Shown here piece after piece: positions 38,201 through 47,409 of a DNA stretch of 64,000 nt. Numbering within the stretch: the first letter of the stretch is position 1; every line of letters starts with the position of its first letter. Both the position numbers and the translations under genes were made by a program. Source of the stretch: a virus; IMG/VR virus record IMGVR_UViG_3300044259_000094, positions 31,734-95,733 of that record; one strand, 5' to 3'. The notes beneath the pieces were generated by a model. It worked only from the letters and a program-made list of their open reading frames with translations, ran no database searches and had not been told where the DNA came from.

Positions 38201-38844
38201 TAGGTGGTACCCAGGCCGTCAGCCATTGCGTTGATGGCAGTCGGGACCGCTTCACCGAGTTGCTGACGAAGTTCTTCCATCGACACAACACCCTTACCGG
38301 CCATCTGCTGAATAGCAACGCCGGCACGCTTCAACTGCTCGCCACTACCACCAAAGGCAGCTACGGAGTCGATAAGGGTATCCATCGATTTGAATGCAGG
38401 CTCAACGCCGCCCACACGGAGCTTTACGAAAGCGTCAGTGATGGCAGTCAGAGAGAATGGAGAGGTAGATGCTTTAGTTAGCAACCGGTTTACGTCAGCA
38501 ACCGCTTCGGTGGTCGCTTTGACGCTATCGGTTTCTTTGGAGAAGTTTTTCATCAGCATGATGGATTTCTCCATCGAGCTGTTCACATCGATGATGGACT
38601 TCTGCCAGCCTACCGTTACGGCCGCGAGAGTCCGAATAGCATCCCGGGCCAGCGCAAAGCCGATGATCGTGTCACGGATGACTCGACCCCAGGAATAGGT
38701 AGAGCGCTCAGCTTGCTTGATTACGGTGTTAGCACGCTGAGCGCCAGCAACGAATTGGCCCAATTGACCCGAAGCTGATTTCAGCCCCACGGTAAATTCG
38801 TTGCCGTTGAGCTTTAGCTCCAGTACCAGTTGACCCAAACTCAT
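35290..38844 (-). CDS. tape measure protein
   Basis: 1184 aa helical; AIQQMAGKGVVSMEELRQQLGE; C-terminal FANGGI..GEGDMNEAFVPL. Confidence 0.93.
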   Translation of the reverse strand: MSLGQLVLELKLNGNEFTVGLKSASGQLGQFVAGAQRANTVIKQAERSTYSWGRVIRDTIIGFALARDAIRTLAAVTVGWQKSIIDVNSSMEKSIMLMKNFSKETDSVKATTEAVADVNRLLTKASTSPFSLTAITDAFVKLRVGGVEPAFKSMDTLIDSVAAFGGSGEQLKRAGVAIQQMAGKGVVSMEELRQQLGEAVPTAINAMADGLGTTYQKLVKEISQGKVLSKPAIIAMMQELERSFAGSAGAMMDTWGGAVAQFETGAKRLAVAFGGLEETGYSEDGYLKTVTNELKELNKVLASPEMMESAKELGKSIAEMVTTVATGTKWIIEHREAIYEWGKALLYLWAAYKGASIIGGVLSAAGAASQGLAMKLIQMRMQGQSAIGTFGTMAAAMTGWNSAAAVAAGGAVKIATGSTAAGTAVRLLGGALGVLAGPIGMVTALAISGGIAWYEYKKGINDAEKAVLSMQGALTTMAQLQTLGTVKERLENDYKENFVNNNKAMILYTYGTMEAYLAAKKKAEDEITKVSGDMLKARQNVSDNQANILAQNEIQSNSKRLAEISRKYVIDKEAIRKKMEDEAKTSGKKLDEDKLAEAFVAEQKNRVQAEIDLYEGALTKLQEKQKELQPNNGKAGSTEDTDIGNLSAVKANEKAMDEYRLKISEAKDSLLELGKVKLPNTLVDPGGDGKPQKPMFDAMTMYVDGLRKSVAGLGAKLEETNPYLAQLDATVESLGGKKLPNFDTVYAEGKKLAELRWEQEKAQKALTAAGNTYKDSMERIEQIERTVNNKLAKVENTNPWENASADAKRYEEELNDLIVKMNEAQLAASGKAGNIAPGQMEKLQQAAREAEKAVDDTRASLERLKVVDTGKAMETASQAIRNALASNSEKAKMEYDRQTAWADEFYANHKEQLDKDSEAYAQYDEYRKALDAQYAREQESGLAQWIRLNKDATDQYKSLWGSAMDKFTDTLVDGLSGAKMNFQDFVVYVLKEFLRIQVARTMAFAADAMTGGSSGGGWLSGLMSVGSSIAGAFNGTGANGFQLGSIAEKSSSLGATAAGYGSQYLKFANGGIMTEFGEMALRKYAKGGIADRPQMAIYGEGDMNEAFVPLPDGRSIPVTMKGNAGGQMNNMPVNISIVVNKDGTEVTNDSDSAQFNEMAGKIKTLVKEVLLTETRPGGIIDKRK

Positions 38845-38847
38845 TTC

Positions 38848-39189
38848 TTAACCCCCGGTGAATTTCGCGAATTTTGCTGCTGCGCCGGGTTCTGGAGCGA
38901 CTACGATGTCCCGTCGAACCGTTACCTTATCGCCAATCTCAAGAGTCAATCTGCCGATGTGCTCGTTGATCGCGTTTAGGGCGTCCTTGGACTGTGGAGG
39001 TGAGGTCAGGTTTGCAGCTTGAATTTGACGGATTTCATTCTCCGCCTGAATTCGACTGATCTGTCGCTCCATCATCCAAAACCGACGTGCTGGCATTGCC
39101 AGCACATGGGTATCCGTCCAACCGTAAAACCAGCAGAAACGGGAGAAGGCGTAGGAAAAGTCGATCGCCTCGACGGTTAGACCTTTCCC
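38848..39189 (-). CDS. tail assembly chaperone T segment (-1 frame of the GT fusion)
   Basis: Open from the slippery site: GKGLTVEAIDFSYAFSRFCWFYGWTDTHVLAMPARRFW... Confidence 0.85.
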   Translation of the reverse strand, partial: GKGLTVEAIDFSYAFSRFCWFYGWTDTHVLAMPARRFWMMERQISRIQAENEIRQIQAANLTSPPQSKDALNAINEHIGRLTLEIGDKVTVRRDIVVAPEPGAAAKFAKFTGG

Positions 39190-39557
39190 GGCTCTACTAC
39201 TTTGGAATCGTTGACGCTACCAGTGTTGCCGGCAGCCTTTGCTTCTGCGACAGCCTCTTCGGCCATCTGATTTGGATCTTGGTTGCAGAAGTCCAGGATG
39301 GCCATCATTTGTGGCATCGACAGACCTCGTACAACTTCTTCGGGACACTCCGGCAGAATCGTGCGCAGTGTCTTGATGATATTGGTGAAGAAGGTTTCTT
39401 CGTCAACCCGGTTCTTGTTGCCCTTGGTTTGTTGCTTCACAGCGCGAATGCTATCCAGCATCAGACCGACACTGCGATCAACCACAGAGTATTCGACACC
39501 ACGAATGGTTACGCGACGCTCAGGGCCAGACAGTTCGTCGATGTTCAGAAGTTCCAT
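39177..39557 (-). CDS. tail assembly chaperone G
   Basis: Between major tail and tape measure genes; ends ...EPGKV*. Confidence 0.88.
   Translation of the reverse strand: MELLNIDELSGPERRVTIRGVEYSVVDRSVGLMLDSIRAVKQQTKGNKNRVDEETFFTNIIKTLRTILPECPEEVVRGLSMPQMMAILDFCNQDPNQMAEEAVAEAKAAGNTGSVNDSKVVEPGKV
39183..39189 (-). other. programmed -1 ribosomal frameshift site G GGA AAG
   Basis: Lambda-type heptamer in X XXY YYZ register; the -1 frame runs without a stop into ORF 38848-39105. Confidence 0.9.
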
Positions 39558-39624
39558 TGTATTTCTCCAAGTCAGCGGCCCGATATGGGCCGCTTATTTG
39601 TGGTGAGATTACACCGTTTGTGGA

Positions 39625-40461
39625 TTAGACGACAGTCTTGTCGCCGTAGATGAACAGCACGCCGGTTGCAGCATTCGGGTAGCCTTTGAACTCGCAGTCA
39701 AACACGCGCTCGGCGTCGTACTTGTACGCGAAGTTCATGGCACCAGCGGTAGCAGCCAGTGGGATCACCAGGTCTTCGCTGGTGTCGTTGGTATCCTTGG
39801 CGATCGGGTGAAGCACCAGCTCCTTGGCGACCGACAGCAGAGAGATACCGGTGCCGGAGCTTACCGATACCTTACGCTTGGTAGCGTCAACACCGCCGGT
39901 CAGGGTCGCGCCCGAAACGGTAGCGGTGGTGCCCGACTTAGCCAGGGTCACGCTGTTGGCTTCTGCACCTTGCTGAGCACCAGTGATGGTCAGAACGGTA
40001 GCGGAAGCGGAGACAGTGACCAGAGCGATCTTGGCGTCGATCTTGATCGCGGCTGCAGCCAGGGTTGCAGCCAGGTTGGCGCCGATCACCAGGTCGGTAT
40101 CCAGAACAGCGGATGCCTTGAAGGTGAAGACAACACCGCCAACGGTGATGGTGTCGTTCGCCGACGGTTGACCCGAGAAGGTGATCGAGCCGGTGGCTTT
40201 CACGCCGTCACCGGTCAGCACAGCGCCCGGGATGATCTTGGCCATGTTTTCCAGGGTGGTTTCAACCAGCGGCGCTTTTACGCTGATGGTACGACCCATC
40301 ACGTATTCGTTCGCCACGGTGTCACCGAACTGGTCAACCTTGGTTTCGTGGGTGGTGGTGGCAACGGTAACTTCAACGCCACCGCTGGTGAAGCCCAGGT
40401 CAGTGCCGTCGTAAATTACGCGGCAGGTGCCCATGCGGATGTTTTCGGTAGAACTCGTCAT
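39625..40461 (-). CDS. major tail tube protein with inserted Ig-like module
   Basis: DLGFTSGGV, VDQFG, PLVETTLEN, AYKYDAERVF; insert KATGSITFSGQP...GATLTGG. Confidence 0.85.
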   Translation of the reverse strand: MTSSTENIRMGTCRVIYDGTDLGFTSGGVEVTVATTTHETKVDQFGDTVANEYVMGRTISVKAPLVETTLENMAKIIPGAVLTGDGVKATGSITFSGQPSANDTITVGGVVFTFKASAVLDTDLVIGANLAATLAAAAIKIDAKIALVTVSASATVLTITGAQQGAEANSVTLAKSGTTATVSGATLTGGVDATKRKVSVSSGTGISLLSVAKELVLHPIAKDTNDTSEDLVIPLAATAGAMNFAYKYDAERVFDCEFKGYPNAATGVLFIYGDKTVV

Positions 40462-40466
40462 CTGGT

Positions 40467-40847
40467 TTAACTCCAGTCAGCTGCAAAATTGTAATTTACG
40501 GAAGCCTCAAATTGACCGCCGTCGGTGCGTGGAAACACCAGTGGTTCATGGGCAGGTTTGATGAACATGAATCTCACCATACCTTGGACTACACCCTCGG
40601 AAGCTATCGCTTTCATGACTGCGGTTGCGCGGTCATGCGCATCCACAATCTTTAGATCACGACAGATTACTTGAAAGGTGCCTTTTCGTACACCGTGGTA
40701 AGGATCTACCCCGATTGGAACCCGGGTCATTACAAGAATTCCCGTTTTCGCTTCGGCCGGCATATGAGAGTGGAACAGCGTCTTCCCGAGAATCAAGCCT
40801 GGGACGTTCGCTGCGATTCTTCCAACGATAGCGTCTTCCAGTTTCAT
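40467..40847 (-). CDS. tail terminator / completion protein
   Basis: Size and position; FQVICR motif. Confidence 0.7.
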   Translation of the reverse strand: MKLEDAIVGRIAANVPGLILGKTLFHSHMPAEAKTGILVMTRVPIGVDPYHGVRKGTFQVICRDLKIVDAHDRATAVMKAIASEGVVQGMVRFMFIKPAHEPLVFPRTDGGQFEASVNYNFAADWS

Positions 40848-41296
40848 GAAATGCCTCGTCTAATCGCTTCTTCAACTGCTCGCTGCACCTTCGCTTGGTT
40901 CTCTTTCAGTGCTCGCTCAAGGTACTTGTACCCAACGGTGTTACCGAGAGCTGCCTGTTTTTCCTCTGATCGAGGACCAAGGTTGTATGAGCTATCTTCG
41001 TGCATCCTGATCGAGTAGTCATATCCACCATGGGCTTCTAAATCCAGTTTGGATACGTCTACACCGACCCGGATAGTTGTTTGCCCGAATCGACCGAGTA
41101 GGGTTCGCTCACGCTCCTCAACGGCAACGATTGCGTTCTCCAGATCACCGGTGTCAACGGGAGCGTTGCGTCTGGCCTCTTCTACAACAAGTTGAGCCAT
41201 CGCACGCAACGCACTCAGCGAGCCGTCCATCACTCGCTCCTCAGAACGAGCAATACGAGCCTGGACGGCCGCTAAGCCTTTGATCGTCAGACCCAC
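40844..41296 (-). CDS. HK97 gp10-like neck protein
   Basis: IKGL, ARRNAPVDTGDLENAI, HE, KYLERA. Confidence 0.85.
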   Translation of the reverse strand: MGLTIKGLAAVQARIARSEERVMDGSLSALRAMAQLVVEEARRNAPVDTGDLENAIVAVEERERTLLGRFGQTTIRVGVDVSKLDLEAHGGYDYSIRMHEDSSYNLGPRSEEKQAALGNTVGYKYLERALKENQAKVQRAVEEAIRRGIS

Positions 41297-41637
41297 GTTG
41301 CCAACTCAACTTGGTAGTGGTCGACTTTGCCGTACATATCGTAGACGGGTCGCACGCCTTTTACTTCGTGCTTGTCGTCACCGATAGTCAGCAGGTCATT
41401 TATCTTTGGGCGAATGCGTGGGTGCATCAGGCACCGGCCTTGTTCGACTTCTTCGTCTGCAAAGGATTTGGAGCCAGAGGTATCCGCACGCACGGAAGTA
41501 GGCTGTACATCATCGGTTACCCGAATCACGGACAGTCCCACTTTGACAGGTTCGCTGTATAGGCGATCGCCAGTTACGGTGAAGTCAACACCAGCAGCTT
41601 GCAACCAACCCACAGTCGTTGGGATAAATGCGCTCAT
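41287..41637 (-). CDS. head closure / stopper protein
   Basis: Start MSAFIP at 41637; beta-rich; position in the neck cluster. Confidence 0.7.
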   Translation of the reverse strand: MSAFIPTTVGWLQAAGVDFTVTGDRLYSEPVKVGLSVIRVTDDVQPTSVRADTSGSKSFADEEVEQGRCLMHPRIRPKINDLLTIGDDKHEVKGVRPVYDMYGKVDHYQVELATWV

Positions 41638-41644
41638 GCCAATA

Positions 41645-42352
41645 TTATATTCCGACGTCAAGTGGTTGGAGAAGACTTTTCGAGTTGTGATGGAAGATTC
41701 TGGCCTGCGCAACATCGTAGGTCAGCAAATTCATCTCCTCGCCGTCATGACTGCCACCATCAATCCGAGCAACATCGGTATCCAGACCCAACAGCACATG
41801 AACCATGATGGTGTTGTACTGCTGACGATATGCCCAGTTCACTTCCCGGGCTACGAAGTCCTGGGTAGCGAGGTTCATCTTGCCGGTCTGGATGTTGAAC
41901 TCAAGCTCATGGGTCAGCTGTTCAGTGGTAGCAACGAACCGACCTTGAATCATCTGGTTGCGGATGAACCACTGTGCAGCTTTGACATCGGCCGCTACAG
42001 CTCGCTCCAACGATTTTTCAACTTCGACCGCGAAGCCCTTGTAGAGCGCGTCTGCGACGACCAAAGCTTTACTCACTACGTCGCTGTCGGTTTCTGCTCT
42101 GGACGTCTTGAGCGCGCTCTCAGACACGTTCCCGAGGTCTTCCAGCGTGTGCTCGCGAGCACTCGACAGATAAGCGTCAGCGACAGCATCGATGGGGCGA
42201 TTCATGTTCCCCAGGTTGTAAACACCATTGCCCAGGCCATTCAGGACTTCCGCTACAGCGCCCCGTAGAGTGGTCTCGAAATTCGCATAGCCCGCACGGA
42301 TGCGAGCTACACGCGCCGTTAGTTGTTGGTTATCCGGCGATACGAGTGACAT
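41645..42352 (-). CDS. putative minor head / morphogenesis protein
   Basis: C-terminal FHHNS resembles the HPNC motif of Mu F / SPP1 gp7-like proteins. Confidence 0.5.
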   Translation of the reverse strand: MSLVSPDNQQLTARVARIRAGYANFETTLRGAVAEVLNGLGNGVYNLGNMNRPIDAVADAYLSSAREHTLEDLGNVSESALKTSRAETDSDVVSKALVVADALYKGFAVEVEKSLERAVAADVKAAQWFIRNQMIQGRFVATTEQLTHELEFNIQTGKMNLATQDFVAREVNWAYRQQYNTIMVHVLLGLDTDVARIDGGSHDGEEMNLLTYDVAQARIFHHNSKSLLQPLDVGI

Positions 42353-43142
42353 AGCTGATAATTCCTTTCATGGCCAAAGCCGTTGCTCGACTGACTGGCA
42401 GCTCAAGCGGTTTCACAGTGCGGTAGAAGTGAGCAGATTCGCCGGCCGAGTGAGACAGCAGACCAGCCAGGCGTTGTTTCTCGGGCGTCATATCAGCCAA
42501 CAGGAAGTCGGCTTCGATCAGCTGTGCTCGCATCAGCTTTTCTTTGGTCGATTGGGGGAGACGATCCCAGGTTTCCTGAGTGAGCATTCGGGTCGAGTAG
42601 ATCTTCTCCAGCTCGCTCTCGAATACACCAGTGTCATCCCACATACGCGACTGATTGTGCCAACGACCACGACGATGGGGCGGACAGAAGTCCACATGCA
42701 CATCGGCGATGTTATGGTAGGCGTTGATCAGCGCAGCTTTCTGTTCTTCTTCCGTGGCGAACTTGTAGAACTTGAGACTGACCATGTTGCGTTCCAGCAG
42801 AGCAAGCTCAGGCCAGGTGCCAAAGCTGTTCTCCAGAACTCGGAGCAGGTCGTCAGACTCGATGATGACCGGGTAGTTGAGCTTCGCCAGCTCAGCATCT
42901 GCGGCGTCGAGAACATGGATCGAGAAGGTTGCGTAAGCTTGAGCGTCGGTGATTACCGAAGCCGCAGCAGGGAAGGCTACACCATCAGCGATGGCATCAG
43001 CCCACAGGATTTTGGTTGGGTCTTCCCAAACCGTGACACCACCGATGCTGACAGACCGGGTAACAGAGTCCGTGTTCAACGGACCCTGCCCCTCCGTCAC
43101 AGGAAAGGTGATGGCGGCGCCACTTTTGATGACACTCGCCAT
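42330..43142 (-). CDS. putative head-tail adaptor
   Basis: ENSF...QKAALINA...AQLIEA...SAGES pattern; position. Confidence 0.6.
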   Translation of the reverse strand: MASVIKSGAAITFPVTEGQGPLNTDSVTRSVSIGGVTVWEDPTKILWADAIADGVAFPAAASVITDAQAYATFSIHVLDAADAELAKLNYPVIIESDDLLRVLENSFGTWPELALLERNMVSLKFYKFATEEEQKAALINAYHNIADVHVDFCPPHRRGRWHNQSRMWDDTGVFESELEKIYSTRMLTQETWDRLPQSTKEKLMRAQLIEADFLLADMTPEKQRLAGLLSHSAGESAHFYRTVKPLELPVSRATALAMKGIISYVTRIAG

Positions 43143-43148
43143 TACCTA

Positions 43149-43769
43149 TTACTCCTGAACTTCTTCGGCTTGAGCAGCTGCGGCAGCTTCGAGTTCAGCA
43201 AGCTTGGCTTTTTGCTCTTCGGTCAGGTCTTCGACCTCTTTTTCGACCTCTTTTTCGACCACAGGCTCTTCCTGAGCAGGCTTGTCGAACTCGGCTTTCA
43301 GGGCCAGCAGCTTGGCGATCAGGCCGCCGATCGACTTGTCGTTGACCTTGTACTTGTCGGCAAACGCACGCAGGCCGGCGATACCTTGCTTGTCAGCCAG
43401 AGCGGCCAGGTCATCGGCAGTGAAGTCGTAGGTCAGCTCGCTGCGAACAACGCCTTCTGGCGCTTTCGGAGTGGTGATCGAAGCCTGTTCGATGACTTCC
43501 GGGCTTGCTTGTACTTCGCCAGGAACAACCTTGCGCAGACCAGCTTCCTTGATACCCAGCTCTTCCAGGTTCTTGTGATGCAGGTCGACCATCAGCTGAG
43601 TGGTGGACGGGTTGATACCGGTATCCACTTCTTCGATAGCCAGAATGGTGCCCAGGCGAGCGGCTTCGGCTTTGGAGACTTCATCAACGGATACGCCGTC
43701 AACGAACTCGACCTGGCCCAGCAGACCAGTCAGGTTGGCAAAGCCTTTATCGGTAATGCGAATTTTCAT
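43149..43769 (-). CDS. hypothetical virion-associated protein
   Basis: Start MKIRIT at 43769, after the MCP terminator; GFANLTGLLGQVEFVDGVS; C-terminal helical domain. Confidence 0.7.
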   Translation of the reverse strand: MKIRITDKGFANLTGLLGQVEFVDGVSVDEVSKAEAARLGTILAIEEVDTGINPSTTQLMVDLHHKNLEELGIKEAGLRKVVPGEVQASPEVIEQASITTPKAPEGVVRSELTYDFTADDLAALADKQGIAGLRAFADKYKVNDKSIGGLIAKLLALKAEFDKPAQEEPVVEKEVEKEVEDLTEEQKAKLAELEAAAAAQAEEVQE

Positions 43770-43793
43770 GTTTGGTACCTTATCGAGGGTAAT

Positions 43794-43824
43794 AAAAAAG
43801 GAGCTTGGTTTCCCAAGCCCCTTT
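43794..43824 (-). terminator. intrinsic terminator after the major capsid gene
   Basis: GGGGCTTGG-GAAA-CCAAGCTCC-TTTTTT. Confidence 0.88.
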
Positions 43825-43852
43825 ATAGCAGATTGCCGAGGCAACCTACCAC

Positions 43853-44761
43853 TTACACGTTGGTTACACCAACGACGGCCGCCAGCGAAACGGTCGATTT
43901 CAGCGCCAGACCGCAGTACCACTTCAAGCGGGTACGGGTGGCGTCTTTGTTCTGCACGGTACCGATGTCTTCGACACGGATACCAGCCGACTCGCCACCG
44001 TACAGGCCGTGCAGACCGTCCACTTCGTTCAGACGCAGAGCGTAGATCGAGCAGGTGTTCGGGGCGGTACCCTGGGCAACGTTGCCTGGGATGAAGTCGT
44101 TGATGATGATCGGGATACCGTCGTGTGCTGGAACCGACAGGCCGAAGTTGTCGATTTGCAGCATACCACCGGTGTTACCACCAGCAGCGCGCCACAGGGC
44201 TTTCAGCGCACGCAGGGTGCCGGAACGCATCATCAGGGCATCGGGACGACGACCTTGCAGTTTGTCGATCAGCTCGTCCAGCATGGACAGGCTGATGGCA
44301 GCGCCGTTGGCACCAGCTTCGAAGAAGTTACCGGTGTCGGCAACCAGCTTCTGGATACCGTCGAACTCTTTCGGGTTGACGCTGTTGTTACCCAGCACCA
44401 GAGCGCGGCGGAAGGTGGTGGCCATACCTTTGGCTTTCATGGCGATTTGAAGAGCCAGCTGGCTGTTCTTGTCGCTCATGGTCTCGTCCAGGAATTTGTC
44501 GACGTCCACGTCGCCGGCGATGATGCGCAGCTTGGTGACGACTTCTTCCACGGTCGAGGTGCCTTCTGGCACGACGTCGTTGACTTCCAGGAAGGTACCT
44601 TCGCTGTTGGTCAGTTCACGGATGTACACGAGGGCTTTACCGTCGGTACGGGCAAATGGCAGCAGACCGAGCAGGTCATCGCGATGGATGATTTCTTCGA
44701 TCACGCCACGCAGCATGTCCTCTTGGGACAGCGTTTCGGCTACAGCGCGCAACAGAGGCAT
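43853..44761 (-). CDS. major capsid protein (HK97 fold)
   Basis: GVIEEI..LLGLLPF, IIAGDVDVDKFL, EFDGI, LDELID, RLKWYCGL; strong codon bias; followed by a terminator. Confidence 0.9.
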   Translation of the reverse strand: MPLLRAVAETLSQEDMLRGVIEEIIHRDDLLGLLPFARTDGKALVYIRELTNSEGTFLEVNDVVPEGTSTVEEVVTKLRIIAGDVDVDKFLDETMSDKNSQLALQIAMKAKGMATTFRRALVLGNNSVNPKEFDGIQKLVADTGNFFEAGANGAAISLSMLDELIDKLQGRRPDALMMRSGTLRALKALWRAAGGNTGGMLQIDNFGLSVPAHDGIPIIINDFIPGNVAQGTAPNTCSIYALRLNEVDGLHGLYGGESAGIRVEDIGTVQNKDATRTRLKWYCGLALKSTVSLAAVVGVTNV

Positions 44762-44802
44762 TCGACTAACTCCTTAGTTAGCTTATAAAACATGGTTTGC
44801 AT

Positions 44803-44831
44803 TACATTACCAGTAGCACCGTCCTTTGTCA
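44803..44831 (-). promoter_or_regulatory. sigma70-like promoter for the capsid gene
   Basis: CTGACA-17 nt-TAATGT. Confidence 0.45.
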
Positions 44832-44844
44832 GGCCCTCTACTGA

Positions 44845-45732
44845 TTATTTTTTGCTCAGACCATGAGCGATACGGGAGACGCCGGAGAGAACTTGAGTCT
44901 GTTCGTTCTGCGGCTTCTTACCCTGATCCGCGCTATGCGAACCTGCACCTGGCTTGCCCTGTGCTTTGATCAGCGATTCGTGGTCCGGGTGTGCAGCGTA
45001 CAAAGCAGCCAGACCTTCATCGAAGGACTTCGGCTTGCCATCGGCGCCCACGAACGGAGTACGTTCGGCAGCACCACGAGGCTTGTCGTACACGACAGCG
45101 GCACCATCTACGAGGTCAACATACGCGCCGAACTGGTTACGGGCAATCGAGGCCGGCAACACAGACTTCTCGCGGATGAAGGCACTTTCACTGAACGAGC
45201 GGCCAACGGTCAGTTCCACAAGGGATTCGTCGCGCTTCGAGACTTCGAGCTTGTATTGATCCAGCTCGGCTTTCAGCTTGTCGAGTTCCTTCGCGTGCTC
45301 GGTCTTCACTTGCTCCAGGATGCGATCGTACTCGCCGCGCTTTTCGAGTGCCTGGCGGTCAGCCTCTTTCTTGGCATCGATCAGTGCTTTCAGCTCGTCA
45401 GACTTCAACTCGCCGGCAGCGTCCTTGAACGCTTTCAGTTCGGCGTCGGCCTGTTTGGCCTTGTCTTTCAGAGCCATCAACTCTTTCAGCAGTTTCGCTT
45501 CTGCGTCAGAGGGCTTGCCGGGTTCGCCAGTTGGCTGCTTGTTCTTCTCTGCTTCGGCAGCGGCAGCAGCGTCCGCATCGGCTTTGGCCTTTGCGTCAGC
45601 TTCTTCTTTCGCTTTGGCAGCGGCTGCGATTTGCTCAGCGGTTTGACCGCCTGGCAGATCATTGCCTTCGCCGTTCGCCTCTTCCAGGTAGACACCTGCA
45701 CGACCAAAGAGCTTGATGAAGTTACGGTGCAT
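44845..45732 (-). CDS. capsid scaffolding protein
   Basis: Coiled coil rich in A/E/K, GKPGAGS near the C-terminus; between portal and MCP. Confidence 0.8.
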   Translation of the reverse strand: MHRNFIKLFGRAGVYLEEANGEGNDLPGGQTAEQIAAAAKAKEEADAKAKADADAAAAAEAEKNKQPTGEPGKPSDAEAKLLKELMALKDKAKQADAELKAFKDAAGELKSDELKALIDAKKEADRQALEKRGEYDRILEQVKTEHAKELDKLKAELDQYKLEVSKRDESLVELTVGRSFSESAFIREKSVLPASIARNQFGAYVDLVDGAAVVYDKPRGAAERTPFVGADGKPKSFDEGLAALYAAHPDHESLIKAQGKPGAGSHSADQGKKPQNEQTQVLSGVSRIAHGLSKK

Positions 45733-45762
45733 TGTATTTCTCCTCGGCTGTTCTCTTAGCCT

Positions 45763-47361
45763 TTAGGTTTTGCCGTTCGCTCGGCTTTGGGTATCGCTTT
45801 TCTTTTGGGAAGCATCAGCTCGGTTGCGCTTGGCTTCCTCAACAGTACGCTTGGCAGCAGCACTACCGGGCTTATCACCTGCACCCTGATTCTCTTCGGG
45901 TGGAGGCTCATTGGCCCATTCGTGAACTTCCTTGCGCATCTTGTCCACAATCTCTTTCCCAAGGTCCGGGAACAGCTTGAGTACGAGACGGTTGACTTGT
46001 TCTTCAACCACCATCGGTGGCAGACCCATCAAGCGGATCTTCATGCCGACATCAAGATCGTCATACATGGTGCGAACGTCGAACTGGCTTTCTACAGGGT
46101 AGCTAACCAATTCATTGTCCTCTGGCAGCTTCTCTCCTGCCCAGGCGCAAACGATCTGCATCATTTTGTACTCGACCACTTCCAGCGCATCAGCTTTGGA
46201 CGAGAGCAGAGCAACCACTCGCTCGAAGTCCGCAGCTTTGGCAACGCCGGAGCTGTTGTCGATACCCTTGCTGTTGTCCTGCTTGGTCCGTTCACCGGCC
46301 AAGCCAACAGAGTGGTAAATCTCGTTGATCAGCTGACCGATAGCGGACAGGATCAGTGTAGCCTGACGAGGGTCTGGGCTCAGGAACTGGGGTGCAGCTC
46401 CACCTTCGCCGTCATACAGGAATACACGCTTGGTTCCCATTTCGAGAACCTTGTTGTAAGCATCGTCACCAGGAAGTACGCCCTGAGCTGGCATAGCCAG
46501 TTGGGAGAACGCTTGGTCTTGGATAATGGCATCGAGGTTGCTCGCATAGTTGGACACCGCTCGGTCGAGGTATGCAACGTCAGCGATCAACGCAGGACAG
46601 TCCCATTTATCGCTCACGATACTGTTGTTGGCAGGGATAACAGGAACCAGACCCAGATCGTGAACACCGGATCCAGTCTGTTCCCAGCGACCGCCCGATT
46701 TGCCCGGGCCTTTGACGAACTCGATCAGAGTCCAGTCAAAGCGGGTCCACAGACGGTAGCGTTTGCAAATCTTGCCAGTGCCGTTGATTGGGTCGGCATC
46801 GTCACGGACGTGTTCTTCGATCAGCACCCACAGCAGCTCGCCGGCATCATCGAATGCGTAGTCGGGAACCTGTTGAGGTGGTACCAGATAGGCGTACAGA
46901 TCAACACCTTTGGTGTCAGCCTGGCTCGCGTTCACTGGAATTTCAGTTACACGGTTGTCGATGACAATCCATGGACGGCCGAGGATCGACTGTTTCAGGG
47001 ACACAACGCGCATGAACTCGTCAATGTCCAGACCGGTGCTGTCGATCTTCTTCCAGAAATTCTGGATGGCCTTCGGCGCATCATCGATCTTGCGAGCGAT
47101 AGGCGCACGGAAAAGGTATTTGTTTACCAGGTCTACGGTTTCGCGGGTGTGGTTGAAGCGATAGGCACGCTCAACGCGGTCCTTATACTCCCGATCACCC
47201 TCTTTGATGTAGCGGAAGATGTTCTCTTTGAACCAACCGCGACCGCCCTTGTAGCTGGCTTCGAGGAACTCCCAATGAGGCACAAGTTCCTCATACAGAG
47301 GATGCTTGCGTTCAACGATTGCCTTTGCTGTTTTACTATCAATTGGCATGGGAGTATCCAC
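45763..47361 (-). CDS. portal protein
   Basis: 532 aa after TerL; HPLY..W, YKDRVERA, HDLGLVPVIP, SGVAK. Confidence 0.88.
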   Translation of the reverse strand: MDTPMPIDSKTAKAIVERKHPLYEELVPHWEFLEASYKGGRGWFKENIFRYIKEGDREYKDRVERAYRFNHTRETVDLVNKYLFRAPIARKIDDAPKAIQNFWKKIDSTGLDIDEFMRVVSLKQSILGRPWIVIDNRVTEIPVNASQADTKGVDLYAYLVPPQQVPDYAFDDAGELLWVLIEEHVRDDADPINGTGKICKRYRLWTRFDWTLIEFVKGPGKSGGRWEQTGSGVHDLGLVPVIPANNSIVSDKWDCPALIADVAYLDRAVSNYASNLDAIIQDQAFSQLAMPAQGVLPGDDAYNKVLEMGTKRVFLYDGEGGAAPQFLSPDPRQATLILSAIGQLINEIYHSVGLAGERTKQDNSKGIDNSSGVAKAADFERVVALLSSKADALEVVEYKMMQIVCAWAGEKLPEDNELVSYPVESQFDVRTMYDDLDVGMKIRLMGLPPMVVEEQVNRLVLKLFPDLGKEIVDKMRKEVHEWANEPPPEENQGAGDKPGSAAAKRTVEEAKRNRADASQKKSDTQSRANGKT

Positions 47362-47370
47362 TTTTGAATG

Positions 47371-47403
47371 GCACTATGGTAAAGGACAATTTCACCATAG
47401 TGC
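47371..47403. promoter_or_regulatory. 10-bp inverted repeat overlapping a possible promoter
   Basis: GCACTATGGT/ACCATAGTGC; minus strand TTGCAC-18-TACCAT. Confidence 0.45.
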
Positions 47404-47409
47404 AAGCCT

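Noticed and set aside
39574-39594. Terminator after the major tail gene
   Set aside because: Strong hairpin AGCGGCCC/GGGCCGCT but no U-tract on the coding strand; more likely an mRNA-stabilising stem
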